DNA of 64,000 bases from Octopus sinensis (GCF_006345805.1 NC_043025.1:15500001-15564000); one strand, 5' to 3'. Positions 49,053 to 61,989 are shown, counted from the stretch's first letter. Notes: generated from the sequence alone by a model not told the origin. A program made the numbers and translations.

Positions 49053-49467
49053 GGGTCTTTTCGGTTTGAACGGCAGTTTTTTCTAGCGGTGTCACATGAA
49101 ATTGTCACCCATAATTATGACCCTAGTATTGATCTATTGCATTTCAATCTGTTTTAGGGTTCGGGGTAGGGGGAAGGGTATCTTTTTTTCTTCAGAAATG
49201 TAAATAAAACCAATCTGTTTCTTAAACGAGGGACATATTCATACAGCACAGAATGTTTTTTTTTACCTCAATAGACATCATTGATTGGTTGAAATTGCAG
49301 AAATTGAAGAAAAAAAACAACAAATATCTTACAAACCATAGAATTTTCTCAATAAAGCCAAGAGAAAAAGATGTTTTATAAACACATTCTACCAGTATAC
49401 GAAGTTTAAAAGTGTTTAGTTACGTGGAAATTATTTTTAAAAACTGCCGGTCAAACCGAAAAGATCC
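49053..49467. mobile_element. GG-ended MITE (Merlin-like), same family as 37739-38148
   Basis: Perfect 8-bp TSD GAATATTA at 49045-49052 and 49468-49475. Confidence 0.85.
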
Positions 49468-50050
49468 GAATATTAGAGAAAGAAACCAAGTTGCTTCTTC
49501 TAATATAAAATTTATTGAGGGGGGAAATCCTTGAAATCCATTCTATGTCTCAGGAAAGCCCTACATAAAGGCCTTTTCTGTCTTTGTTTCTCTGAAGGGA
49601 TTAAAGAAATCCTAAAACTGTCATTGAAAAATAGGCAGCAAGAAATCCTTCAGATGCCACAAAGAAGATTAAAGAATCTTCATCTTAATCCTTTTGTTAA
49701 CATATTTTGAAAATAAACAGGAATTTGGTAAAATATTAAAACAGGAAGCATGTATCACAGAACCAGTCTCAGATGGGTTGGTATCGAAAGGGTTAAGACA
49801 AATATTAATGGAAAGATCCGGAAGGCTGAATCAGATGACTGGGAGATTTCTGTAGAATTACACTGCCTTTGTTGCAATTCATTTTGAGAATAATGAAGAA
49901 TTTGGTAAAAATAACCTTGCCATTATTAATCTGTTGTTTGGAACATAAATGAACATGGAATTTTGAGGGAAGGTTTTGAGATCAGTTTAAAACAGGAAGT
50001 TTGTATCATAGAACCAGTGGGGGTGGTCTCAGGTGGATTGGTATCAAAAG

Positions 50051-50280
50051 GCGGCAAGCTGGCAGAAACGCTAGCACGCCGGGCGAAATGCTTAGCAGTA
50101 TTTCGTCTGCGTTACGTTGTGAGTTCAAATTCCGCCGAGGTCGACTTTGCCTTTCATCCTTTCGGGGTCGATAAATTAAGTACCAGTGCGTAACTGGGGT
50201 CGATGTAATCAACTTAATACCTATGTCTGTCCTTGTTTGTCCCCCCTGTGTTTAGCCCCTTGTGGGTAATAAAGAAATGG
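50051..50280 (+). mobile_element. SINE family 2, full length
   Basis: Matches the family consensus. Confidence 0.9.
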
Positions 50281-50724
50281 GTATCAAAAGGGTTAACCAA
50301 GACCTTGTGTAGCCTAAATTCCCTTTCAATCCCCTATTAAGGTCATTCCCCATCCCCTGTAAAGTCCTTTTACTGGCAAAAGTGTGCTAGGATTCCTCTA
50401 CCGCAGTGAATATGTTGTACATCGTTATAAGATAATTAAAAGTAATTAAACAAAACGAAACACATCTGTGTATATTTAACCAAATTATCGCTAATTACTG
50501 TGAATTCCTAATCTCATGGAATTCTGGGGTTCCAGGAAAGATTGGTTGGGGTACGCTCTATTGAATCGATGGATAAACTAGATTTTCACATGCAGTAAGT
50601 TACCTACAGGTCTGTATTTTGTTGAGAGAGGGAGAGGTAGGTAGAGAGGGAGATAGGTAAAGAAAGAGAGAGAGAGACAGAAAGATAGATACATATTGAT
50701 AAAAATAGACAGAAACTAACAGAC

Positions 50725-50762
<38 letters not shown>

Positions 50763-51198
50763 AAGCTGAAAGAGATAAATAGTTTTAGAAAGATTAAGGA
50801 AGATATGGAGACAGACCAAAAATTGGGGGAGAGAGAGAGATGTAAAGAAAGAAAAACAGAGAGATTACATAGAGAGAGGGAGAGATTAGAATGATGTAGG
50901 GGGGGGGGTAAAACAGCAGAAAACAAATAGGAAAAAAGAAAAAAGGGATGTTCAGTGCCAGACAAAAATGTTAATAGAAATAATTCTGTGAATGGAATCA
51001 ATTTTGTACCAAGAGGAAGAGAAGGGGGGGGGGGGGAGAAGAGAGAGAGAGAGAGAATTCTAAACCATTTCCTGCCAGAACTTCTCATGGGAGAGATATG
51101 AAATGTCAAAAGAGAGAGAGAGATAGGTTAGGCAGGAGGAGAATAGATTTCATAGAAAAAAACACACATAAAACACACAGAGGATCTGCTCAGATAAT

Positions 51199-51199
<1 letters not shown>

Positions 51200-51241
<42 letters not shown>

Positions 51242-51600
51242 TGCGTGTGTGTGTGTATGTGTGTGTGTGTGTCTGTATGTGTTTGTGTGTGTGTGTGTGT
51301 GCGTGTGTGTGTGTTTGTGCGTGTGTGTGTGTATGTGTGTGTGTTGTCTGTATGTGTTTGTGTGTGTGTGTTTGTGTGTGTTTGTGTGTGTGTGTGTTTG
51401 TGCGTGTGTGTGTGTTTGTGCGTGTGTGTGTGTTTGTGCGTGTGTGTATGTGAGTGTTTGTGTGTGTGTGTGTGTTTGTGAGTGTTTGTGAGTGTATGTG
51501 AGTGTTTGTGAGTGTTTGTGTGTGTGTCTGTGTGTGTGTGTGTTTGTGTTTGTGTGTTTGTGTGTGTGTGTGGGCATGAGCACACACACACACACACTAT
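51200..51600. repeat. Compound (GT)n microsatellite
   Basis: Direct inspection. Confidence 0.95.
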
Positions 51601-51794
51601 TTTAATGTTAATTAATACAAGTGAGTATCTTGTTATTTAAATGTTTAGGATGAGTTGCTAATTAAGATAAGAAATTTTAAGACTAATTAACCTCATTAGA
51701 GAGATGAAACACGTGTTTTATATATTTGTTTAATTTCCAATCACCAACAGGTGTCTCATTGCTGGGTGTGTACTAGATTAGAATTAGTCAATTT

Positions 51795-51847
<53 letters not shown>

Positions 51848-52257
51848 TGTGTGTGGTGCGGGTTTGGTTGTGAAACGAGAAGTTTATTTCCGAACCACAT
51901 GGTTCTGGGTTCAGTCCCACTGCATGACACCTAGGGCAAGTGTCATCTACTTATAGCCTCAGGTGACCAAAACCTTGAAAGTGGGTCTGGTAGATGGAAA
52001 TGGAAAGAAGCCCGTTGTGTGTGTGTGTGTGTGTGTGTGTGCCCCCCCCCCACTGCTGCTTGACAACTAGTGTTGGTATGTTTGCATTCTCATAACTTAG
52101 CAGTTCAGCAAATGAATCCACTAGCATTATGTACCAGGTTAAGAAAAAAGAAAGTATTGGGGTTGATTCATCTAAAATTCTTCATGGCAGTGCTCCAGTA
52201 TGGCCACAGTCTCATGAGTGAAACAAGTAGAAAATAAGATATATACACATACACACA

Positions 52258-52769
52258 CACATATATACACACCTTCCTTCCAAGCACATATATACACACC
52301 TTCCTTCCAAGCACATATATACACACCTTCCTTCCAAGCACATATATACACCCCTTCCTTCCAAGCACATATATACACACCTTCCTTCCAAGCACATATA
52401 TACACCCCTTCCTTCCAAGCACATATATACACACCTTCCTTCCAAGCACATATATACACCCCTTCCTTCCAAGCACATATATACACCCCTTCCTTCCAAG
52501 CACATATATACACACCTTCCTTCCAAGCACATATATACACCCCTTCCTTCCAAGCACATATATACACACTTTCCTTCCAAGCACATATATACACACCTTC
52601 CTTCCAAGCACATATATACACACCTTCCTTCCAAGCACATACATACACACTTTCCTTCCAAGCACATATATACACACATTCCTTCCAAGCACATATATAC
52701 ACACCTTCCTTCCAATCACATATATACACACCTTCCTTCCAATCACATGCTACACACCTTCCTTCCAAG
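52258..52769. repeat. 27-bp minisatellite, ~19 units
   Basis: Unit CACATATATACACACCTTCCTTCCAAG; abuts the tail of a family-1 SINE (51855-52230). Confidence 0.97.
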
Positions 52770-52829
52770 CACTGCTGTAAACAGGGAAAGTGAGCTAGAA
52801 CATTAAAACTTAGCACACATGGACAGCAG

Positions 52830-52894
52830 AGGTCAAGGTCAGTCTGTGCCCACCGGTTTTACTCTGCATGCCTTAGCCTCGTTACTATGGCAAC
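52830..52894. promoter_or_regulatory. Candidate cis-regulatory module: nuclear-receptor DR0/ERRE plus RFX X-box
   Basis: AGGTCAAGGTCA at 52830-52841 and GTTACTATGGCAAC at 52881-52894, in non-repetitive sequence. Confidence 0.4.
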
Positions 52895-53844
52895 AGTCCG
52901 GATACTTATTGATCAAACCATGTATTTACATTTATATTTACTTGTTTCACTCATTTGACCCCAGGACTTATCCTTTGTAAGCCTTGTACTTATTCTATTG
53001 GTCTCTTTTGCCAAACCATTAAGTTATGGGGACGTCAACACACCAACATCGGTTGTCAAGCAATGACACAAGGACAAAGACAAACAAACAGACACACAAA
53101 TATGTACACGTATGTACACACACACACATACATACGATGGGTCATCTAAACTATTTTTCAGTCACTTTGATCTGTGACAGTCATCAGGCGTCTTATTCTT
53201 GGGTCAGAGATTAAACTTATTGATTGTTAGTGTAAATATTGGAAATAAACACTAAACTAAGTTCAGAAACACAGGTACCTGGTTCAAATCCAGATTAGTA
53301 CACTCTCTGCCATATAGTGGGACTGAACCCAAAACCATGTGATTGGCAAGAAAACCTCTTACCATGAATGTTTTTTTTATTTAAATTTATTAATAATGCT
53401 TCTTCTCTTATGAAAAATTTAATCAGTCTGATAATTTAGAAAGTTAACAAATACACAGTTACTGTTTAGTATGCTGAGAACCTTTTATTTCTTTTTTTTT
53501 TATTTTCAATTTGGTTAATTAATATTAATTAAAGTTTAACTTGAAATGGAAATCCAGAAGGCCAATTTGGTTGGATACGAAAGAGAGAGAGAGCATAAAG
53601 AAAGTTGGGGGTGGTTGCCATGATGAGATTGATCAAAGCTTGGAAAGGAAGGAGATTAGAAGCCACGGGTTTAAGGATAACGGTTGGCATTGATTACGGT
53701 GGTGGTGGGGTGGCGTTATATTGGTATGCTGGGTGGAGCTGTTTACATATTGGTGATTTTGTAAAGGTACTTACATCCTCAGTTATCGGCAAGACAGCTT
53801 TGCAAATATAATAAAAATAAATTTATATTATAGACGTATAAAAA

Positions 53845-54729
53845 GAAATAGAGAGAGAGAGATAGAGAGAGAGAGAGAGGAAATAGAGAGAGAAAGAAAT
53901 AGAGAGAGAGAGAGAGCGAGAGAGGAGGGACTTTTTGTCTTGGCCGGAGCATCATTAAAAAATGATTCTTGTTATTACAGTGGGGTGGGGTGGGGGAAGA
54001 CCATATAAGTCTGTTTGTTCTTCATTAAGTGCTAATGATTTAGTCATCTGTGAATGGCTTTTGTCAATAAAGGACAGGCAAGAAGATATATATATACATA
54101 TATATATAAATATATAAATACACACACACAAATTAAAATTACAAGAGGAGAGAGAGAAGAGAGAGAAGAGAGAGAGAGAGAGAAGAAGGAAGAGAGAGAG
54201 AGAAAAGAGAGAAGAGAGAGAAAAGAGAGAAGAGAAAAAGAAAGAGAAAAGAGACGAGAAGAGAAAGAGAGAGGAGAGAAAGAAAGAGGAGGGAGAAAAG
54301 AGAAAGAGAGAGGGAAGAGGAGGGAAGAGAAAGGTAGAGAAAAGAGAGAGCGAGAAGAGAGAGGTAAGAGAAACAAAAAGAGAGGGAAGAGAGAGAAAAG
54401 AGAGAGATAAGAGAAAGAGAAAAAAGGGAAGAGGAAAAGAGAGAGATAAGAGAAAGAGAAAAAAGGGAAGAGGAAAAGAGAGAAGAGAAAGAGAGAGGGA
54501 AGAGAAAGAGAAGAGGGAAGAGAAAGAGAGAGAAGAGAAAGGGAGAGAAGAGAAAGGGAGAGAAAAGAGAGAGAAGAGAAAGGGAGAGAAAAGAGAGAGA
54601 GAAAAGAGAAGAGAAAGAGAGGGGAGAAAGGTAAGAGAAAGAAAAAGGGAAGAGAGAAGAGAAAGAGGAGAGAGAGAGAGAGAAGAGAGAGAGAAAAAAG
54701 AGAAGAGGAAAAGAGAGAAGAGAAAGAAA

Positions 54730-54763
<34 letters not shown>

Positions 54764-54800
54764 AAAGGAGATACAAAAAAAAAAAAAAGAGATAGAGATG
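53845..54800. repeat. Polypurine (GA-rich) tracts
   Basis: 54145-54795 is almost purely A/G. Confidence 0.95.
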
Positions 54801-56639
54801 TGGTCCCTTACCTTCTGTGGAAGTGAGCCCTGCTTTGGAGGCATGGTTAAAAAATGTTATTTCTGTTGTTGAGATTTTCGTAAAGGGGTTTTCTTGTTGT
54901 TCCGGAGTAATATTGGGGGGAAGAGGGGGAGTCACTAATTGTTCCACAGTTAATTAATTTTTTATATATATAATTTTTTTAACTTGTTTTTCCTGTAGTT
55001 TTTTTCCACTTTTTATTTAGGGTTTTTTCTCTTATTTTTTGTTTGTTTGTGAGCCCGTTTGCGTGACCCTTTATTGGGTTGTGTTACGGTCAGCCAAACT
55101 TTGCCATCGTCGTAAAACCAGCAACGCCCAGTCCATTCTCTCAGAGACAATGGACAATGGGCAAGAGGCGAGATGAGGTAAAACTATCTGATGACGATGA
55201 CAGACTGAATCTTTGCTAACGACTTCATCATGACGAAGACAGCCGGACAACAGGGGACACCTGGAATTAAATAGAAAAATAAAATGAAAGATTAACGAAA
55301 TAAAACAAAAAAAAAACAAGCCAAGTAGTGCAGTTAAGAAATTCACTTCCCAACTATGAGGTTTCAGGTTCAATCCCATCGAGTAGCACCTTGGGCAAAT
55401 GGCATTGAATATATTTGAGCGTTGTTAGTGGATTTAGAAGGCAGAAACTGTATGGAAGCCCATCATAGGCAAATGTGTGCATCTATTTGTTTTAACCCCA
55501 CACTGCTTGACAACAGGTGTTGGTTTGTTCACATCCCTCTGACTTAGCAGTTTGGCATAAATAGATTGATGGAATAAATACCAGATTTAAAAGAAATTCC
55601 AAAGGTTGATTCGTCCGCTTAAAACCTTCAAAATGGTGTCCCGGAATAGCCAATGTCCAATAACTAAAAACAACAATAAAAACAAGAGAGGGAAAGAAAA
55701 AAAAAAGAACTTGCCATTTACCACATTTTGGCCATGCTGGGGCACTGCTTCTTAGAGTGTTTTTCTTTTAGTCAATCACATCAATAGCTGCTTCTGTCAA
55801 TTGACTGTGGCCATGATAGAGCACCAAGCCCCATCTTGAAGAATTTTTAGTCAAGGACTTCTTTTTTTTTGTTTTTGAAGTCTGGCTCTGCTATTGTTCT
55901 CTTTTGACAAAAGCTATGGGGATGTAAACAAACCATCACCAGTTGTTAAGTGGTGATGAGGGATAAAACTATACACGCACACACACATAAGTGAAGCAGA
56001 CAAAATCCAGGCTACATGTGTTTCATAGGTAGCAGATCATTGGCAGTAATAATTATCCAAACGAGGGCTAATCCGCTAGCTACTCATTGGGCCAAGGGAG
56101 TTAACAAGGGATTCCAAGTTGTCTTGTAGGAGATTCCGATCGAATCTCCAGCTTCTTTTAGTTTCTGTCTGCCAAATCTGCTCACAAGGGTTTGTTTGAT
56201 CAGCCCAAGGCTATAGTAGAAGACACTTGCCCAAGGTGCCACGCAGTGGAACTGAACCCAGGACCATATGGTTGGGAAGCAAACTTTTTCACACATCCAC
56301 ACTGGTGCCTCTTATTCCAAACTGCTATGTATTTTGTCAGTCTATAAATCTAACGACCAAGTTGCTATCCTTGGTGTTTACTCCCCCCCCCCCGCTCCAT
56401 AACCCTATTCAAGCACTTTACCAACAACCAATATATAACTGCCTGTCATTGTTTCTCTCACATTACTCCCTCCCCACCCCCTTTCCATGCCTGTCATTGT
56501 TTCTCCCATCACTTTATTTTTAAACACACACAAAAAAAAGTGTGTTTGATGTAACAAAAACTTATTGAAATTTATTTTTGAAACCTTATTCAATCGTTTG
56601 CTTTGTCCCGTCTCTCAAATGTGATCCACAAAACAGTCT

Positions 56640-58295
56640 TCGTCATCCATGCAGCATCACATTCCCAATTTCTTTTTTCAATTACAAGAGTAATTTGGAA
56701 CTTATGGAAAGAAACCTTTATATTACTCAGGGCCTCACAGAGGCAAAGTGGCTGAGTATTTTGAGTGTTTGGCCTCGTGGAGGCAAAGTGGTTGAGCTCC
56801 TTGGGCCACATGGAGGTAAAATAGCTGAGTTCTTTTCAAGTGTTGGGCCTCATGGAGGTGAGGAAGCTGAGTTCCTTTTGAACGGGAGTCACCGAGGCAA
56901 GGTGGTTGTGTTCCTTTCGAGTGTTGGGCCTCATGGAAGCAATGACTGAGACCTTTGGCATCATGTCATGCTTGAGAAGAAGACCCATGAAACCGAGCAA
57001 AATTGCAGCATGGACATGTGGTAAATGATGATGATGAAACAAAGACTAACAAAAACTCTGTAAACAAGTGTAGACATTCAGGGCAATGTTATGGAAATGC
57101 TTTGGACAGGCAAAAGGCTGACGTTGCAGATGGCCCCACCGTAAAGACACTTTGGGTATAACACAAATTCACCAGCATCACACTAAGGCTGTCTCTTCCA
57201 AAAGAACTGCTCAACCCTAGGCCTCTCCTGTCTGACCCTAATATGAGAGACAGGACATATTTCTCTGGCATCCATGCATCATATGATGATACACATTCCC
57301 AGTTTCTTTCTCCAATTACGGACAGTAACTCGGGACTTAGGAAAGCTTTATTTTACTCAGAATATATGAAACAAGCATCATCGTTTAACGTCCGCTTTCC
57401 ATGCTAGCATGGGTTGGACGATTTTGACTGAGGGCTGGTGAGCCAGATGGCTGCACCAGTCTCCAATCTTGATCTGGCAGAGTCTCTACAGCTGGATGCC
57501 CTTCCTAATGCCAACCACTCCGAGAGTGTAGTGGGTGCTTTTTACGTGCCAAGGCACGGGGGCCAGTCAGGCGGTTCTGGCAATGACCTCGCTCGAATCT
57601 TTTTACACATGCTACCGGCACAGGTGCCAGTAAGGTGATGTTGGTAACAATCATGCTCGAAGGGTGCCCTTTTACGTGCCACTGGCACGGAAGCCAGTTG
57701 GCTGCTCTCGCAACAATCACACTCGGATGGTGCTCTTGGTACCCTGCTAGCACGGGCACAAGTGCCAGTAAGGCGACGCTGGTAACGATCACGCTTGAAT
57801 GGTGCCTTTTAAGTGCCACTGGCATGGAAGCCGGTTAGCCGCTCTGTCAATGATCACGCTTGTATGGTGCTCTTTGCACCCTGCTAGTACAGACGCCAGT
57901 CATCAAATTTGATTTTGCTTTTGATTGGCTGACAAAAAGTCTGAAAAGAAGCATGGATGTTTAGGACAGACTTATGAAAATGATTTGGACAGCCAAAAGG
58001 TTCATGTCACAGAAGGACCCAATATAAGGACACATTTTGTATAACAAAACTGTCTCTCCTAACAGAACTGCTTATCCCTTTGGCCTGTCTTGTGTGTCAC
58101 ATAGGATACTCGGGACATACTTCCCTCGCACCCATGCAACATATAAGATAGACATTGCCAATTTTTTATTTTAATCACTAGAGTAAATTATATTCAGAAT
58201 ATATGAAAACAAAGGATAACTAAACGTCTGAAAACAATTATGGACATTGGGGACAAACTTAAGAAAGGGATTTGGACAGGTAAACAGTTAACGGC
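56640..58295. repeat. Degenerate ~330-bp repeat (cluster B), interrupted by an RTE-tailed element at 57375-57905
   Basis: Same blocks as cluster A at 80-1325. Confidence 0.7.
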
Positions 58296-58427
58296 TATCT
58301 TTTTAATTATCACATTTCATGGCATACCAGCTACCCAACTTTTTTCAAAAGAAAAAGAAGGTTACAAAAAATAAATAAATCACTTCAAGTCTCATATACA
58401 AAGTTATGCTTTAAGATACTAAAAACT

Positions 58428-58790
58428 TTTTCTGATATTCAACCTGGGTGGGTTGAGTCGGCTTCTTCTACTCGTGGAAGAAGTTTCGTGGGAATATGTG
58501 GATTTCACAAGCGGTCCCCAACAATCCCGCATGAGGAGACATCCTGTTTGCTACAGATTGTCCGCAGACGCAGGGACAGAATGACCGAGGAGCCGCCAAT
58601 TGCCGAAGCAAACACTCCGAGGATTTTCACCAGAGCCCTGTCTGCCGGTTGTAGCCCTAATACCACTCGGTGTCAGACCAATCCGCCTTGGGTGGCCCTA
58701 CCAGGAACTGAAGTTCCTGACGGTATATATAGCTCTGACACTACCTGTTGCCAGCGTCCCCACCCTGGTGAGGAGGAGATGGACTTTGTT
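58428..58790. mobile_element. RTE-related fragment: inverted ORF2 3'-end piece joined to 5'-UTR-like sequence
   Basis: 58443-58471 is the exact reverse complement of 43149-43177; 'GGCCCTACCAGGAACTGAAGTTCC..TAGCTC' resembles recalled RTE 5' ends. Confidence 0.45.
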
Positions 58791-60275
58791 GAAATTGGGG
58801 TATGTTTGGCATACCTGAACAATTTTTATGCCATCAAATAAGGTAATTGTGAATTTGAGAAATAAATATTTACATATTTCTTTATCCACTTTAGAAATGA
58901 CTTCTCTGAGGAAATTATTTACAAAAAAAAAAAGTGATAAAGATTTCAATATATAAAACAAATAAGGGTGAAGTTTTGGAATAAATTCTCCCAATTAAAT
59001 TCTTTATTAGAGTTTCAGAAAAAAATTCTTTCTCTTTTGAGTGCAATGGCTTCAGGATTGGACAATCACAGCCAAGGTATCACCTAGAAAGCATTGGTGA
59101 TGGCACCATATAAAAAGCACCCAGGACACTGTGTAAAGTGGTCAATGTTAGGAAGGTCATCCAGCTGTAGAAACCAAACCAAAGCAGACTACAGAACCAA
59201 GTGCAGCCCCTGGCTTTACCAGTTCCCATAAAGCTGCCCAACCCATGCCAACACGGGAAACAGATGTTAAATGATGATGATGAAACTCCATGCTGAACAC
59301 TAATGATTCGTGGTTTTCTTAGAAATGATACAGCAGTGGTTCTTCTCTGTTGCCTTCTGCCAATTTCCAGCAGAATAAACCCCCTCACAGCACAAGGAGT
59401 ATTTCACACGACACCAAACCGTGTCCACACACCAGGGGGCTGATATAACAATTTTAGGGTGGGGGGGCAGTCCTAACCCTAACCCTAACCCCAAATATCT
59501 TAACCACAGGACCATCATCTGCTGTTTGACTGATGACTGGGGCCTCGACAAGTACTTCTAACCCGGCCCAGGGCAGTGGTGACTCCTACAACCTTCTTAA
59601 CTCACCATTTGAGCCAGTTTAACCCTTTTCTTACCATATTTCTATAGACATAACTGGTTTTCGGTTTGTATCAAAGGGGTCAAGATAAACATGATGGAAA
59701 GATTTAGAAGCTAAATTATATCATCATCATCATCATCATTTAGCGTCCGCTTTCCATGCTGGCATGGGTTGGACGGTGCAACTGGGGTCTGGGAAGCCAC
59801 AAGGCTGCACCAGGCCCAGTCTGATCTGGCAATGTTTCTACAGCTGGATGCCCTTCCTAACGCCAACCACTCCGTGAGTGTAGTGGGTGCTTTTTACGTG
59901 CCAGACGGGGCTGGCAAACGGCCATGAACGGATGGTGCTTTTTACATGCCACCGGCACGGGGGCCAGGCGAGGCTGGCAATGGCCGGGGGCCAGGTGAAG
60001 CTTAGGATATTTCTGTTGAAATAGACTGCCTTTGTTGCAATTAATTTTGAGAATAATGAAGAATTTATTGAAATAACTGCCATTATCAAGTGAGTGTTTA
60101 AGGCAGGGAGCTGATCGTATCATTAGCACACTGGGCAAAACGCAAAGTGGTATTTTGTACATTGCTATGTTCAGAGTTCAAATTCCACTGAAGTCGACTT
60201 TGCTTTTCATCCTTTTTGGTCGATAAACTAAGTACCAGTGATATACAGGGGTCAATATAATCGACTAACCCCCTG

Positions 60276-60663
60276 CGGTAAGAAGCCTACTTACCAACCA
60301 CATGGTTCTAGGTTCAGTCCCACTGTGTGGCACCTTGGGCAAGTGTCTTCTACTATAGCCTTGGGCCGACCAAAAGCTTGTGAGTTGATTTGGTAGATGG
60401 AAACTGAAAGAAGCCTGTCATATATATATTTATATACTTGTGTATGTATTTGTGTGTCTGTGTGTCCCCCCACCACTATTGTTTGACAACCGATGTTGGT
60501 GTTTACATCCCCGTAACTTAGCGGTTCAGCAAAAGAAACTGATAGAATAAGTACTAGGCTTACAAAGAATAAGTCCTGGGGTCAGTTTATTTGACTAAAG
60601 GTGGTGCTCCAGCATGGCCGCAGTCAAATGACTGAAACAAGTAAAAGAATAAATGAGTAAAAG
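60276..60663 (+). mobile_element. SINE family 1
   Basis: Matches the family consensus. Confidence 0.9.
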
Positions 60664-60855
60664 AACACACACACCCGCACAGATTTGCAATATGCTTCCA
60701 CCCACTGAATTCCCCCACAAGGTCTAAATTGGCCCGTGGCTATAGCAGAAGACACTTGTGCAAGTGCTGTGCTGTGGGACTGAACCCAGAACCATGTGTT
60801 TGCAAAAACAAGCTTCTTAACCTGACAGCCATGCCTGGAACGCCTTTCCTCATAA

Positions 60856-61087
60856 CTATTTCTTTACTACCCACAAGGGGCTAAACACAGAAGGGACAAA
60901 CAAGGACAGACAAACGGATTAAGTCAATTATATCGACCCCAGTGCATAACTGGTACTTATTTAATCTACCCCGAAAGGATGAAAGGCAAAGTCGACCTTG
61001 GCGGAATTTGAACTCAGAACTTAACGGCAGACCAAATACTGCTGAGCATTTCGCCCAGCATGCTAACGATTCAGCCAGCTTGCTGCC
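60856..61087 (-). mobile_element. SINE family 2
   Basis: Reverse complement of 50051-50280. Confidence 0.9.
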
Positions 61088-61190
61088 TTTCCTCATAATT
61101 CTGCCAGATCAACACCTGCCTAGGGCTAAACATCAGAAAGCAACTGCTCTTCATCGCTTCACTGAACAAAGTGGTTGCATGTGTTTGTAT

Positions 61191-61230
<40 letters not shown>

Positions 61231-61253
61231 CTGGTGTGTCTTTTTTTCTATTT

Positions 61254-61321
61254 GTTGCCATGACAACCTTCTTTCCGTCTCTCCAATCCCCACTTCATTT
61301 TCCTGTGTGTGTGAGAGGGAG

Positions 61322-61360
<39 letters not shown>

Positions 61361-61417
61361 TTCTTTCTTGAAAGCAGCCTGACATGTCATGGCAATACAG
61401 CCTGTAGTCAAGGCAAC
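61254..61417. promoter_or_regulatory. Candidate RFX X-box cluster
   Basis: GTTGCCATGACAAC at 61254-61267, CATGGCAAT half-site at ~61388-61396, GTAGTCAAGGCAAC at 61404-61417. Confidence 0.4.
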
Positions 61418-61625
61418 CTGCAATCAACCCCCACCACCACCACCACCACCACAAGCAACATCCTCCCCCCCATCTCTGGACCTGTTGTTGAATGCTTTTG
61501 AAGCATTCATTGAACTGTGCCAGCCAGCATGTATATAGCAAGCTGGAGCAGGGCAGGTTGTGTGAAGAGACGTGGCTCTATATAATGGTGTGGCGGTATA
61601 TATTAAACACACACACACACACACC

Positions 61626-61656
<31 letters not shown>

Positions 61657-61767
61657 CATGTCAAAGGGAAATGGAATTTAATTAAAATTAAAACATTCAA
61701 TCAAAATTTACATTTCCAGTGGTCTAACGTGCAAAAAAAAAATTAGTCAAGAAGACTATATATATAT

Positions 61768-61800
<33 letters not shown>

Positions 61801-61809
<9 letters not shown>

Positions 61810-61938
61810 ATATAGTGTATATTTAAACACATAAGGAATCCACTTAAGGGAATTCAACACTCTAGCTGTTCTTTCTAGCGTGTTGAATTCCCTTAAGTGG
61901 ATTCCTTATGTGTTTAAATATACACTATATCGTGTGTG

Positions 61939-61939
<1 letters not shown>
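61801..61939. repeat. Perfect palindrome: 60-bp arms, 19-nt spacer, flanked by (TA)n
   Basis: 61801-61860 is the exact reverse complement of 61880-61939. Confidence 0.97.

Positions 61940-61989
<50 letters not shown>

Noticed and set aside
51098-51597. HT/CV-rich ORFs (also at 9152, 17503, 38251-39188, 44478)
   Set aside because: Microsatellite translations.
46505-52769. 56-bp and 27-bp arrays as CRISPR
   Set aside because: Contiguous units without unique spacers, no cas genes, eukaryotic context.
52168-52816. Four ORFs with 9-aa repeats (AHIYTPSFQ, GRKVCIYVL, WKEGVYICA)
   Set aside because: By-product of a stop-free 27-bp unit; open in several frames on both strands.
53150-53192. Minus-strand CUGAUGA + GUCAC/GUGAC stem + GAAA
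   Set aside because: No stem III, NUH or stem I partner downstream; at most a truncated remnant.
53955-54947. Longest ORF (330 aa, L/S/F-rich) and overlapping ORFs
   Set aside because: Translation of a polypyrimidine tract that cannot contain stops; no domain or codon structure.
59472-59492. Interstitial telomeric (CCCTAA)3
   Set aside because: Too short and embedded in a repeat fragment; not informative.
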